Shown here: piece by piece, positions 1 through 10,546 of the stretch
How the letters are laid out: each line of letters opens with the position of its first letter
Numbering within the stretch: position 1 is the first letter of the stretch
NCBI GenBank assembly: GCA_963849335.1
Contig: CAWKGZ010000011.1
Location: 81,066 to 145,065, forward strand
Direction of reading: 5' to 3'
Source of the DNA: an uncultured Chloroflexia bacterium
Lineage (GTDB): Bacteria; Chloroflexota; Anaerolineae; Anaerolineales; UBA4823
Length of the DNA: 64,000 nucleotides
Program-made: the position numbers and the translations under genes
The notes under the pieces: model-generated
Seen by the model: only the letters and a program-made list of their open reading frames with translations
Told to the model about the DNA's origin: nothing
The model's database searches: none

Positions 1-374
1 GCCTGGCGCGCAACTTCCCGGCCAAGGTAGGCAGCCTGCCGGGCAGCAATGGAAACCAGGCCGCGCAGGGAGGTACGGGGGGAGCCGGCACTGGGCCTGT
101 CGCAGGAGGCCAGCCGCAGGGTACGACACAGCCTTCTGTTCCCCAGCCGACCTTCAGTGCGAAGGATGCGGGGCAGGTGCCGCATAAAGAGCAAGAGGGA
201 AGCAATGCTCAACCGTGACCAAGGCTCAAAGACCCTAAAGGATTTCTCGGCTGGAACGGGCGCCTGGATGGCCAGGCAGGCACGCCAGACATGGCTTATT
301 ATGGCCCAGGAAACCTTTGGGGTCTGGCAGCCAGGAATGAAGATTGAAATATCCACGGTGTCGGGGAGGATGCC

Positions 375-2762
375 ATGAAGAAACGTGTAATCATTATCAT
401 TATAAGCAGCTTCACCATCCTGGTAGCGGGGTTGAGTTTGCTGGCGCTGATGGCGGAGACGCACCCGTATGGGCCGGAGGACTGGCGCTATGGGGTGCAG
501 AGCTGGACGGAAACGGTGCGCATGGGGCTGATCAAGGACCCGGCGGTGCGTTTCGAGTATGTGCTGAGTGTGGCGAACTACTGCCTGGCGGACCTGGCGG
601 CGGCGGAAACGCCTACGGGTGTGGATGCGGCGGCGCGTGCGCTGGCGCATGCGCTGGATGTGGCATCCCAGCTGACCAGTGCGGGGGTATCGGAGCAGCG
701 CGAGACGATGTTGGCGGCGCTGCAGATCCTGTTCATCCGCACCGACCTGGTGCTGCAGGCGCTGGATGGGGAGCTGGCGACGCCGAGCGTGGTGCAGCTG
801 CGCAACGAGATCAGTGCAGCGCTGAGCGGGGGGATCGTGGCGGGAGAGGCGGAAACCGCGACGGCACTGATGTTGCATGTGCCGGTACCGTTCCTGGTGG
901 CGACCTACGACCACACCCAGATACCCATCAGCGGGGCGCATGCCGGGCTGGATTGTTTGGAGTGCCACCTGGGAGGGGAGTACGCCGGGACGCAGGCGGA
1001 CTGCCGGGCGTGCCACGAGATGCCCACCGCAAAGTTGCGCGCCACGGGACTGGCGGCGCTGCGGGAATACCCGGACAACCTGAACCTGACCAATCTGTAC
1101 CCGGATCACTTCGAGGGTGACTGCCAGGACTGCCACGGGTTGGAGAACTGGGAGCCGACGGCATTCGACCACGTGGGGGTGGTGGAGTGCACTTCATGCC
1201 ACCAGGGGGATGTGCCGCTGAACGAGGCGGACCCGGAGCAGATTGCGCATTACCCGGGGGACTGCATGCTGTGTCATGAGGATACGGGAGACTGGCTGAT
1301 AGCGAGCTACAACCACATGCGCTCGGCGGACTGCGCCAGCTGCCATGAATGGGAGAAACCGGCGGCGCACTACGTGGACTATGACTTTGAGTGCCAGGTG
1401 TGTCACGGGCACACCGACGCCTGGGAGAATACCAGCCACCATGAGGGGTACACCGACTGTGCAGGCTGCCATGAGGCAGTGACGCCTGAGGAACACTATG
1501 AAGGGCAGTGCTATGGCTGTCACGTACCTGAGAACTGGGATTGGGATATCAACTTTGACCACACCAACTACATGGAGCAGAGCTGCACGACCTGCCACGA
1601 GAAGCCGGAAGTGCACTTCCCTGGTGAGTGTGATGCCTGCCACAATACGGCTTACTGGATCCCGGCAGGGACGGCGCACAGTACGTTGGCGAACTGCAAC
1701 TACTGCCATCGCATGATCGTGCCGCTGTATCACTATGAGGGCGCCTGCGAGGGGTGCCACCGCTCCTTCGATAGCTGGTTTGCGGTCACCTTCACCCACA
1801 GCAACTATAGCGCTACCGAATGCGCCGGCTGCCACCTGAAGGATGCGCCGCGCGATCACTACTGCTATGATTGCTGTCGCTGCCACAATGTGACCGGCTG
1901 GAGTGACATCTATTTTGACCATGCCGGGGCGGAGAACTGCCTGGAATGTCACACCAAAGACGCCCCGCCGAACCACTACATCGGCATGTGCTCGGACTGC
2001 CACTTCGAGGGGACGAGCTGGGACAACTTTGACTTCGACCACACGCTGTACACGGACTGCCTGAGCTGCCACATCGACGAAGCGCCGCGGCTGCACTACG
2101 ACGGGCAGTGCTCGCTGTGTCACTTTGTCGATACGTGGACGCACATCGACTTCTACCACGGGACGACGTACACGGACTGTGTGTTCTGCCACGCCGGCGA
2201 TGCGCCGGCGCAGCACTACGACCTGCAGTGCTCGTCGTGCCATATCACGGACAACTGGGTGGTGGTGGACTACCTGCACAACGAGGCGCCGTTCAGCTGC
2301 CTGGAGTGCCATGAGCCGCCAGACGATGCTCACTACCTGGACAACTGCATCGTGTGCCACAACGTGACCGACTGGCTGGAGATCATCTTTGAGCACACCG
2401 CCGATTACCTGAACTGTGGGGGCTGCCATGTCCCGCCTCCGGGTCACTGGCCTGGGCAGTGCTGGTACTGCCACACGAGCACCAGTGACTGGACGGTGAT
2501 CGTGTTCGACCACAGCACTTATACGGACTGCAAATCTTGCCATGCAGCTGACCGTCCGGCGGATCACCCGCGCGGGCAGTGCTCGATGTGCCATACGACG
2601 GATACCTGGGACATCCCGGACACCCCGACGCCCTATCCAACGTCGACTTCGCTGCCGACGAGCACCCCGACCCCGACGCCGGAGCCTACGTCTACCCCCA
2701 CCCCGATTCCGACGGATATCTTACCGGAGGAACCTACGCCGACCGAGACGACGGTGCCGTAG
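375..2762 (+). CDS. Large multiheme cytochrome c (27 CxxCH motifs), N-terminal membrane anchor, Pro/Thr-rich tail
   Basis: 27 CxxCH motifs counted, mostly in repeated diheme modules (HYxGxCxxCH..W..FDH..CxxCH). Hydrophobic N-terminus, then a helical DUF5667-like region. GGAGG RBS upstream. Confidence 0.93.
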   Translation: MKKRVIIIIISSFTILVAGLSLLALMAETHPYGPEDWRYGVQSWTETVRMGLIKDPAVRFEYVLSVANYCLADLAAAETPTGVDAAARALAHALDVASQLTSAGVSEQRETMLAALQILFIRTDLVLQALDGELATPSVVQLRNEISAALSGGIVAGEAETATALMLHVPVPFLVATYDHTQIPISGAHAGLDCLECHLGGEYAGTQADCRACHEMPTAKLRATGLAALREYPDNLNLTNLYPDHFEGDCQDCHGLENWEPTAFDHVGVVECTSCHQGDVPLNEADPEQIAHYPGDCMLCHEDTGDWLIASYNHMRSADCASCHEWEKPAAHYVDYDFECQVCHGHTDAWENTSHHEGYTDCAGCHEAVTPEEHYEGQCYGCHVPENWDWDINFDHTNYMEQSCTTCHEKPEVHFPGECDACHNTAYWIPAGTAHSTLANCNYCHRMIVPLYHYEGACEGCHRSFDSWFAVTFTHSNYSATECAGCHLKDAPRDHYCYDCCRCHNVTGWSDIYFDHAGAENCLECHTKDAPPNHYIGMCSDCHFEGTSWDNFDFDHTLYTDCLSCHIDEAPRLHYDGQCSLCHFVDTWTHIDFYHGTTYTDCVFCHAGDAPAQHYDLQCSSCHITDNWVVVDYLHNEAPFSCLECHEPPDDAHYLDNCIVCHNVTDWLEIIFEHTADYLNCGGCHVPPPGHWPGQCWYCHTSTSDWTVIVFDHSTYTDCKSCHAADRPADHPRGQCSMCHTTDTWDIPDTPTPYPTSTSLPTSTPTPTPEPTSTPTPIPTDILPEEPTPTETTVP

Positions 2763-2787
2763 AGCACTATCCGTTATAAAATAAATT

Positions 2788-2814
2788 CTCCTCCCCCGTG
2801 TTTCGGGGGAGGAG
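2788..2814. terminator. Hairpin between convergent genes (probable bidirectional terminator)
   Basis: CTCCTCCCCCG-tgttt-CGGGGGAGGAG perfect 11-bp stem. Confidence 0.6.
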
Positions 2815-2858
2815 GTGTATATACTTGCTATTTCCGGCAGGCCGGGTTCGGGTGAGCT

Positions 2859-3521
2859 TCAGGAAGTGGCAGTGAAGAACTGGTAGATGCCCGTAATGAG
2901 CTGGACCGCTCCATAGGCGATGGCGCCCCAGGCGATGAAATAGGTACCGCTGCCCGAAGATGTTGCCCCGAGGCCCGTGATCAGTAGCCCTGCCCCACAC
3001 CACAGCACCCCGGAGATGATATTCTTACGGGCGAGCGCCTTGGATTTTTCGGGGATCACGCGGAGGCGCGTCTGCCCGGAGATATAGCCTTCGACGCCGG
3101 TCATATCCCGTACTTTGACCCAATCCTGGTCCTGGGAGCGGGTGACGCCGGTCAAATATATTTTGGTATTGCGCTTCAGGGTAAGGCGCACCAGCGAATG
3201 TGAGGTAGGCTGGTTGTATACGGGGACATTGTTCTGCAGCGGGGTAGCCAGCCGGAAGGGATATACCCGTGTCCCATCGGGAACATAGCCTTTCTGCCCT
3301 CCGGTCATGATCACTTCGGTCCACTTTTTGCCGCCGGCTTTGATCGTCTTGCCGAACTCGATCTCCATCCCCTCCGTCAGGGTGGCGAGGGACAGGGCGT
3401 TTGGCTCCGGGCTGCTGTACAATTTGACCTGCTGGTCGAGGATTTTGGCGCGGATAAATGTCTCCTTGATAGATGGGTGGGTGACTATACTATAGCATTG
3501 ATTGGGTTGGGATGCAACCAT
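2859..3521 (-). CDS. Tandem SH3b-domain membrane protein (true start probably near 3455)
   Basis: Two SH3b-like repeats (W-x-x-V...G-x-x-GY) and two C-terminal TM helices. AAGGAG RBS near 3462-3467. Confidence 0.7.
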   Translation of the reverse strand: MVASQPNQCYSIVTHPSIKETFIRAKILDQQVKLYSSPEPNALSLATLTEGMEIEFGKTIKAGGKKWTEVIMTGGQKGYVPDGTRVYPFRLATPLQNNVPVYNQPTSHSLVRLTLKRNTKIYLTGVTRSQDQDWVKVRDMTGVEGYISGQTRLRVIPEKSKALARKNIISGVLWCGAGLLITGLGATSSGSGTYFIAWGAIAYGAVQLITGIYQFFTATS

Positions 3522-3588
3522 GATTTCCCAACGGGCATGGGTGCAATAATGCTATAATCCAGCATCATTTATTTCACGAGGTGACAGC

Positions 3589-4029
3589 ATGGATCCCAAG
3601 ATCATAGATTTTGTCCAACAGAAGAAGCTGGCCCTGGTCGGCGCCTCCCGGGATGGCAAATCGTTCGGCAGTATGGCTGCCAAAGAGCTGAAACAGCGCG
3701 GTTATGAGGTGCTGCTGGTGCACCCGCTCGCAAAGGAGATCAATGGGCAGGTGTGCTACCCTGACCTGAAAGCGGTGGCGGGTCAGGTGGGCGGCGTGGT
3801 GGTGTGCGTGCCGCCGGCCCAGGCGGAGGGTGTGCTGCGCCAGGCAAGCGAGGTGGGCTTGCAGCGGGTCTGGCTGCAGCAGGGCGCGGAGACGCCGCAG
3901 CTGGTGGAACTGGGGCAGCAGCTTGGACTGAGCCTGGTGAGCGGGAAGTGCATCCTGATGTATGCCGAGCCGGTGAGATCGATCCATAAATTTCACCGGG
4001 GATTCATGAAATTGATCGGGAGATTGTGA
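3589..4029 (+). CDS. CoA-binding protein (YccU family)
   Basis: LALVGASRD, VVVCVPP and VWLQQG motifs. GAGGTG RBS and TATAAT upstream. Confidence 0.9.
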   Translation: MDPKIIDFVQQKKLALVGASRDGKSFGSMAAKELKQRGYEVLLVHPLAKEINGQVCYPDLKAVAGQVGGVVVCVPPAQAEGVLRQASEVGLQRVWLQQGAETPQLVELGQQLGLSLVSGKCILMYAEPVRSIHKFHRGFMKLIGRL

Positions 4030-4054
4030 TTCTCTACGCAGGGGCACCGGGGGC

Positions 4055-4803
4055 TCAAGCAGCGCGGCGAGGATGGTGCGCATGCTGACCAGGATGATCA
4101 GCACACCGACCAGGATCATCAACACCCGTACGGGAAGGCGGCGAGTGATCAGGGCAGCCAGTGGAGCGGCAAGCACGCCGCCCAGCAGCAGCCCCAGGAT
4201 GACCTGCCAGTGGGTCAAGCCGATGGTCAGGATGAAGACGACCGATTCGGTCACCGTAACGAAGAACTCGGAGGCGTTGACCGAGCCGATCGTCTGGCGG
4301 GGGTGGTTGCCGCTGGCGACCAGGGTAGTGGTGACCAGCGGGCCCCATCCGCCGCCGCCCAGGGCATCCAGCAGACCGCCGGCGAGTGCCAGCGGCTCGA
4401 TGCCGCGTTTTACCTCGTGGGGGGTCGGGTTTTTACGCAGGCCTTTGATCAGGATGACCAGTCCCATCAGCACCAGGTAGCCGCTGATATACGGCTTGAT
4501 CACGCTGCCGTCAAATTGGGTCAGGGCATAGGCGCCGATGCCGCCGCCGAGGATGCCCGGGATGAGTAAGCGCAGGAACAGGTCTTTGCGTACGTTGCCG
4601 AGTTTGAAGTGAGCTAGGCCGGAGATGCCGGTGGTGAACACCTCGGCGGCGTGGACGCTGGCGCTGCCGATCGCCGGGGGGAAGCCCATAGCAAGCAGGA
4701 AGGTGTTGCAGCTGACCCCATACGCCATGCCCAGGCTGCCGTCGATCATCTGGCCGACGAAACCGACCAGGACGCATGCGAGGAACATCAACGGATTTTC
4801 CAT
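4055..4803 (-). CDS. Sulfite exporter TauE/SafE family membrane protein
   Basis: IDGSLGMAYGV, ASASVHxAEVFTTGISG-like and DALGGGGWGP motifs. Stop probably lost near 4055 by an indel. Confidence 0.88.
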
Positions 4804-4959
4804 ACCGGATCCTTCCTCTCCAGCCGCACGCTGCGCTGTGGGTATCATTGTAACAGAAATGATAGGGGATAGGGGGTAAGGGTGAGGGGATAAGATTGTT
4901 GATAGAAAAGAACCTTGACACACTGGGCCTGCTGAAGGAGATGGGGGCGGTGTTGGAGA

Positions 4960-5127
4960 GCCCTGCAGGCGATTGACCAGCCCCCGGTGGAGTTCACCAC
5001 CCCGCTGGCTATCTTCGAGAAGGTGCAGGCGCACGAGCATCAGGTCACCGCACTGATCCACAAGCTGTATGCCCTGGCGGTCAAAGAGGGCGACTACGCC
5101 AGCCAGATTTTCCTGGGCTGGTTCTGA
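4960..5127 (+). pseudogene. Ferritin (FtnA-type) internal fragment
   Basis: Translates ALQAIDQPPVEFTTPLAIFEKVQAHEHQVTALIHKLYALAVKEGDYASQIFLGWF*, matching ferritin helices C-D. No start codon; stops before the EQVEEE motif. Confidence 0.75.
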
Positions 5128-5293
5128 AATGCTGGCATTACTGTTCGGATACCGGTATGGCAAACCAATCTTGCTCCTCTGGGGGATGAGTTGGAGGATT
5201 TGTCAACAATTTGTCAAGACGGGAGAAATATTTTATGCTAATTTATGTGTGTGAAGCAGGATGTAGGGCGGCTTGCCAGTAGCCGCCGGGAGG

Positions 5294-5388
5294 AGACCCT
5301 AAAGGATTTCTGGGTATCCCCGCTCCTCTTTATGCAGCGCATCCGGGCTTACTAAGGTCCTATTTTGCCAGAAAATCCTTTAGGGTCT
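5294..5388. repeat. Inverted-repeat (REP/MITE-like) element; extra copy of left arm at 229-247
   Basis: AGACCCTAAAGGATTTCTGG ... CCAGAAAATCCTTTAGGGTCT. Confidence 0.6.
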
Positions 5389-5450
5389 GGGTACTTTATG
5401 CCTGGGTGCTGGTAAAATGTTAAAAAGGATTTTTAAGAGAGGAGATCGCT

Positions 5451-8400
5451 ATGTACGCTCGTATTAATCGAATCCTTTATTCTTTCCTGGTGATATTTGT
5501 GGTCGCATCCTGCGCCGCCGCGCCGGCAAGCCCCACCCGCGTCGAGACGCAAGATATAGCGGTAGAGACGCAAGATCTTGCGTCTCTGCATCCCACACCG
5601 TCGGTGGCGCCGGTGGTGACCGAGCCGCCGGTTACTGAGCCAGGCGACCTGGCGAGCAGCCTGGCGCCGCCCGGCATTGACCTGGACGTGACCTTCATCA
5701 GCCGCGATCCGATGTACTATATGTACTGCGTGGAGTACCCGGACGACCTGCCGCAGCTTTGCGCCGGGCACGAGGATGATCAGCACTGGCCTGAAGAGGG
5801 CGAGCTGGTCACCTTCACCGCCCACGTAGTCAACAAAGGTACCTCAACCAGCCCGGCGTTCGATTATGCCTGGACGATCGACGACACCACGGTGATGACC
5901 GGCACGCTGCCTGGACTGGCCTCCGGGGCTGAGCTAACCACCAGCTACCAGTGGGCCTGGGCGCACGAGATGGACGGTGAGAAGGTGCTGGATGACCATG
6001 ACGTGGGCTTCAGTGCTGACCCGGGGAACCTGATCGCTGAAAATTACGAGAACAACAACAGTCTTGAAGACCGCACCAACGCGCTGAGCTTCATCCTGTA
6101 CATCACGGCTGAGATGTACCAGGCATACAACGTGCCGGTCGATGCGCTTTACCCGTATTCGGCGGAGGACTGGCTGCAGAAGCAGATTGCGACAATCAAC
6201 ACCAACCTGGCGGCGGCAGTCTACCCCGCCACGCCCGAGGGGGCGACCGTGCGCGTGCGCATCGATACTATCGCAATCCGCGAGACGAACCCGGAGCCGG
6301 ACTTCCATCACGACGGCGGCTGGTTCATCAACGTAGACCTGCGCAAGGGCGCCAGCGCCTACTACGACCCGGCGACCGACATCGATTGGGGCCTGGTGCA
6401 CGAGCTGGCGCACCAGATGGGGCTGATCGACCTGTACGCCAGCAACATCTACCAGACCAGCGTCTTCGTGCTTAACCAGTTTGGGGGGCAGACCAACTTC
6501 GGCTTCGAGTGGCCGCGCGGCGGGATCATGGGCGGTGGAGACATCTACCCGTATACCGACTGGAACATGTACGACAGCCACACCGCCGGCGGGCTGAGCT
6601 CCAACTATGGCTACCGCAACGGTTACTATGGCGTCTACCAGTACGACATCCCCTGCAGAACAACTTCCTCGTGCTGGACAACCAGGGCAACCCCGCGCCG
6701 GGCGTGGAGGTGACGCTCTACCAACGCACGCCTGGCCTGTGGGACTGGACCGGACATACCGGGCTGGACAACGTGCCGGAGATCAGCGGCGCGTACGGAC
6801 AGCGCTGGCCTCTTCCCGCTGCCCAATCGCTCGGCAGAGGGCGGCGCCGTCACCCGCATCGGGCATGTGCTGCAGGACAATCCCTTCGGCGTGGTCGATT
6901 TCATCGGCGGGAACAACCGCTTCCTGGTGCAGCTCAGCAAAGGGACGCACGAGGAGTTCTTCTGGCTGGATATCACCGCCTTCAACCTGGCGTACTGGCT
7001 GGGGGATACGGACGAGCATACCTTCGTGATCAACTCGCATATACCGCAAACGGGCGCTCCAGTCGCCCCTATGCTGGAGCCGGTCAAGGTGCAAGGGTAT
7101 GCCAGTCGAGCTGTGCTGGCAGCCCAGCGCCTCAGCGGGGGTGACGCAGACCCTCCTCTACCACGCCAATCCCGCCGGATTACCTGTATACCCGGGTCGC
7201 CGAGCTGCCTGCCAGCCAACCCTGCTTCAGCGAAACGCTGCCGGGCGGCTGGTATGGCGGCTTCGTCTATGCTGCCACGGCAGTGAACGCCAGCGGGGTG
7301 GAGAGCGGCTTCAGCAACTCCGCCTGGGCGCCGCGGCTGATCAACCCGACGGCGGTGACCATCCTGCCGGATGGCAGGAGCCTGATCCTGGATGCGCAGA
7401 ACGGCTTTGCCATGCTGGAGCAGGATGCGGCGGGCCATTACCTGGGCAACCTGGGCTCGGTGCATTACCACCTGGAGCAAAGTCAGGTTCATGGCGCTGG
7501 ACGCCAACCAGCACCTGCTGTTCAGCCACCCTGGGGATTGGTATGTGCCGCGCCAATCGGTGCGCATAGCCGACCTTGATCTAACCCCGCTGCTGGAGTT
7601 CGGCGAAGCAGGTTCCAATCCGGGGCAGTTCAGCAACCCGGCGGGCGTGGCCTCATGGGGGCCGGCCTGCACCATCGACAGCCCGTACAGTGATGACCCG
7701 GAATCCCTGCTGCTGCTGCACTTCGACGGATCGTTCGACCGGCGCGCAGGGCGAGACCGGCACCCCCAGCGGGGTGGATTTCGTCGCCGGGCGCTTCGAC
7801 CAGGGCATTCACGTTGAGTACGGTGACCGGCTCTCGTACCCCACCCTCGGCAACCTGGACATGGCGGAAGGCACGGTCGAATTCTGGCTGAAGCCGGACT
7901 GGGACGGCGATGACGAGCAGTCGTACACCTTTTTCGAGATGGGCTATGATTGGTTCAACCGCATGCGCATCATGAAAGACGGCGCCAACAACCTGCGCAT
8001 CATGGTGTGGGACGGTGACACCGAGTACGGCGTGGCGTATAACGTGGGCTACTGGCAGGCTGGGGAGTGGCATCACATCGCCGCCACCTGGCAGGGCGAT
8101 ACCATTGCGTTGTATGCGGACGGCGTGCAGGTCGGTACGAGCGACGGCGTTACCATGCCGTCCTCGATGGTCGACGCCCTGTTTGTCGGCTCCGCAGCCC
8201 TGGATCCGCAGTACGCCCAGGGCGTGATCGACGAGTTCCGCATCAGCAGCGTGGCAAGGCTGGGCAACAGCCAGCAGTGCAACCGCATCCTGGTCGCCGA
8301 CAGCGGCAACCACCGCCTGCAGGCCTTCGACAGCCTGGGCGGCTTCCTGAGCGAGTTTGGCGAGCCGGGCAGCGGGGAGGGGCAGTTCAATAACCCACAG

Positions 8401-8796
8401 GGGTTGGCCGTCGACTCAAGCGGGCGGGTGCTGGTGGCGGACAGCGGCAACAACCGCATCGTCGTGCTGGGCTTCGATGGAGACAGCTTCAGCTACCTGG
8501 ATGCCTACACCGCGGAGCTGAATGGGCCGACCGGGCTGGCGCTGGATGGGGAGGATAACCTCTATATCGCCGATACGGGCAATAACCGCATTGTGGTGCT
8601 GTCGCCGGATGGAACCTTTCTGAGCGAGTACTTCGCGCCGAACGATGGCTCGGGCGGGAATTTCTACCTGCCCAGGGGCGTGGCGGTACGGGCGGACGGA
8701 CTGATCATCGTCGCCGATACCGGCAACGCCCGCGTGGTGCGCATTTACCCCGAGGGCATGCTGCAGGTAGTGCTGCTGCCGCTGGTGGAGAGGTAG
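5451..8796 (+). CDS. Large secreted lipoprotein: CARDB-like Ig domain, HExxH metallopeptidase-like domain, LamG domain, NHL repeats (several frameshifts)
   Basis: Lipobox VASC; ENYENNN; VHELAHQMG; GTVEFWLKP/WHHIAATW/IDEFRIS; repeated VADSGNNRI. Joined from ORFs 5451-6713, 6509-7144, 6867-7286, 7283-7579, 7392-7817, 7690-8796. Confidence 0.8.
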
Positions 8797-8812
8797 GGGT
8801 ATTAAATATAAG

Positions 8813-8849
8813 CCAGGTGCAACGCACTTCCAAAGTGCGTTGCACCTGG
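8813..8849. repeat. Palindromic REP-like element, copy 1 (GGTGCAACGCAC..GTGCGTTGCACC)
   Basis: Near-perfect palindrome; further copies at 10381-10413 and 59773-59809. Confidence 0.85.
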
Positions 8850-8863
8850 ATCAATAAAGTTTA

Positions 8864-9349
8864 TTATCGCCGTTGTTTACCCAGCGCCTCAAGAAGTTTC
8901 TCCCCTCTTACCTGCTGCCAGGCTACCACCGTAAAATACGGGACCATATTCGCAGCGTTTTGCTCAACAATTGCCCGGTATGCAGCTTTGGTATTGATGT
9001 CGCTTAGCGATACGGTGAGAAAATGAGCCTCCTTTTGGTACGCTGCGCTGGCAAGATGAGCTGATTTTTTACATTTAGGGCAATATTTTGCACTTAGAAC
9101 AGCGCTGCCAGAAGTTAAGGAGTAACGACTCGTCGTGTCGGGAATAGTATTTATGGGGAAAATTTTAATATTTTCAGATAACAGATCACTTTTTTCTCCA
9201 CATTGAAGACATACTTCCGGGATATTTATCTTCGATAGGCAGGACTGGATATGCTCAAGTCCAACATCCCAGAAGATAAAACTCACATGCGTTGCGTGGG
9301 TGCGATAATCCGTGAGCATCGTCTGGGTATTCATGGCTATTTTTTCCAC
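8864..9349 (-). CDS. Hypothetical AT-rich protein with two CxxC pairs (Zn-ribbon-like)
   Basis: 161-aa ORF with CLQC and CPKC. Confidence 0.5.
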   Translation of the reverse strand: MEKIAMNTQTMLTDYRTHATHVSFIFWDVGLEHIQSCLSKINIPEVCLQCGEKSDLLSENIKIFPINTIPDTTSRYSLTSGSAVLSAKYCPKCKKSAHLASAAYQKEAHFLTVSLSDINTKAAYRAIVEQNAANMVPYFTVVAWQQVRGEKLLEALGKQRR

Positions 9350-9815
9350 ACCCAGGTTACCCCCCCAACAAAGGATAAAATTGGGAAATTTTACCCCCGT
9401 TGCATGAACCGCATCGATTATATGATATTGGGGAGTATTATCGAACCATGCTTAAATCCGGTCACGATTGGCTTCAATGAGCTTAACCTGGGACCCAGGT
9501 ATCCCGCTTGAAAATAGCTGAACCATAATTAACCATCCTTTCACTGCATCTCACTGCTTCGCAGATGACAACACTGCGGCTTATTGACCGGCTTCCTCCC
9601 TGAACAAGTAGATAACCTTTTCTCCTCCTTCCCGCCCTCCATCCTCTGCAACAGAACTAGGTGTGATTGAGGATCATTGAAGAAAGTTGAAATGTCACCT
9701 GGAGGTCTGGTTGACTTAGTCTTGACTGGGTGGGCTTTTATCGAATTTTCTATCGAATTGTATCCTTTGTATCTACCAGGAAGCTGCATTTCCCTTTGGG
9801 CGATGGCTGTTTTTA

Positions 9816-10148
9816 TCAACCTTCTCGAGACACCATATATTTCCAATTCACAATGACCGCTGGAATCAATGCCAGGAATAACGCTGCATCCCAGCCCTCA
9901 GTAGAAAGCAGGATAAGTGTTAATAGCACTACCGATAAAACGTATACAGCCATTGGTAAGATGAATTTCCACTTAACATAGCAGCTTTTGCATACTTCAT
10001 AGTGGTGCTCTTCAAATTCCCCATAGGCGGTTGTAGTCGTAGTTACTAGAGCGTCTCTCGAACTTTTTTCAGCAAGAACCCGCCCTGTGAATACTGTGTA
10101 GTTATGAGGTGTTTCCTTTATTCCTTCGCATACGCCACATATGTTCAT
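9816..10148 (-). CDS. Hypothetical membrane protein with two CxxC pairs; may continue by frameshift into ORF 9541-9846
   Basis: AGGAGAAG RBS before ATG at 10148; CGVC, CKSC, two TM helices. Confidence 0.55.
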   Translation of the reverse strand: MNICGVCEGIKETPHNYTVFTGRVLAEKSSRDALVTTTTTAYGEFEEHHYEVCKSCYVKWKFILPMAVYVLSVVLLTLILLSTEGWDAALFLALIPAVIVNWKYMVSREG

Positions 10149-10380
10149 TTGCCTTCTCCTCCTTGCCATGCTATTGCCATCAAATTCTGATTGAGGCGGT
10201 CATACTTGAAATCCGCACCACATTATGCTTGGACCTTGCAGGAATAAGTGATTGTCGCTTAAATTGCCTGGTTTGTCAATCGACTGTCTGCCCGTGAACC
10301 TTTTTCCTCTTAGCCGAGTGTATTAGAATCCTTCCCCACCATTACATCAAGGTAATCTGCGCCAGCTCAGTGAGTTTCAT

Positions 10381-10413
10381 GTGCAACGCACTTTCAAAGT
10401 GCGTTGCACCTGG
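10381..10413. repeat. Palindromic REP-like element, copy 2
   Basis: GTGCAACGCACTTT-C-AAAGTGCGTTGCAC. Confidence 0.85.
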
Positions 10414-10546
10414 CAGTATCCGGCGCTGCGCTGTCAGTTGAATTGACGAACACGCGGCGGGCTGAAGCCCTGGCTCAGGGATGGAGCGCCCGGCGGGCAG
10501 GGGGATGCGGTGACTTCAGTCGGCGGTAATGACTGCCGCGACTATC

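Noticed and set aside
49-378. 109-aa ORF upstream of the cytochrome
   Set aside because: No recognisable motifs or RBS, and it overlaps a repeat arm.
1194-2594. Long antisense ORFs (also 27019-28020, 43122-44042, 55344-56450)
   Set aside because: Shadows of high-GC coding genes on the opposite strand; no motifs.
3574-5163. 529-aa TauE fusion ORF
   Set aside because: Extensions are antisense to the CoA-binding gene and the ferritin relic; real gene is about 4055-4803.
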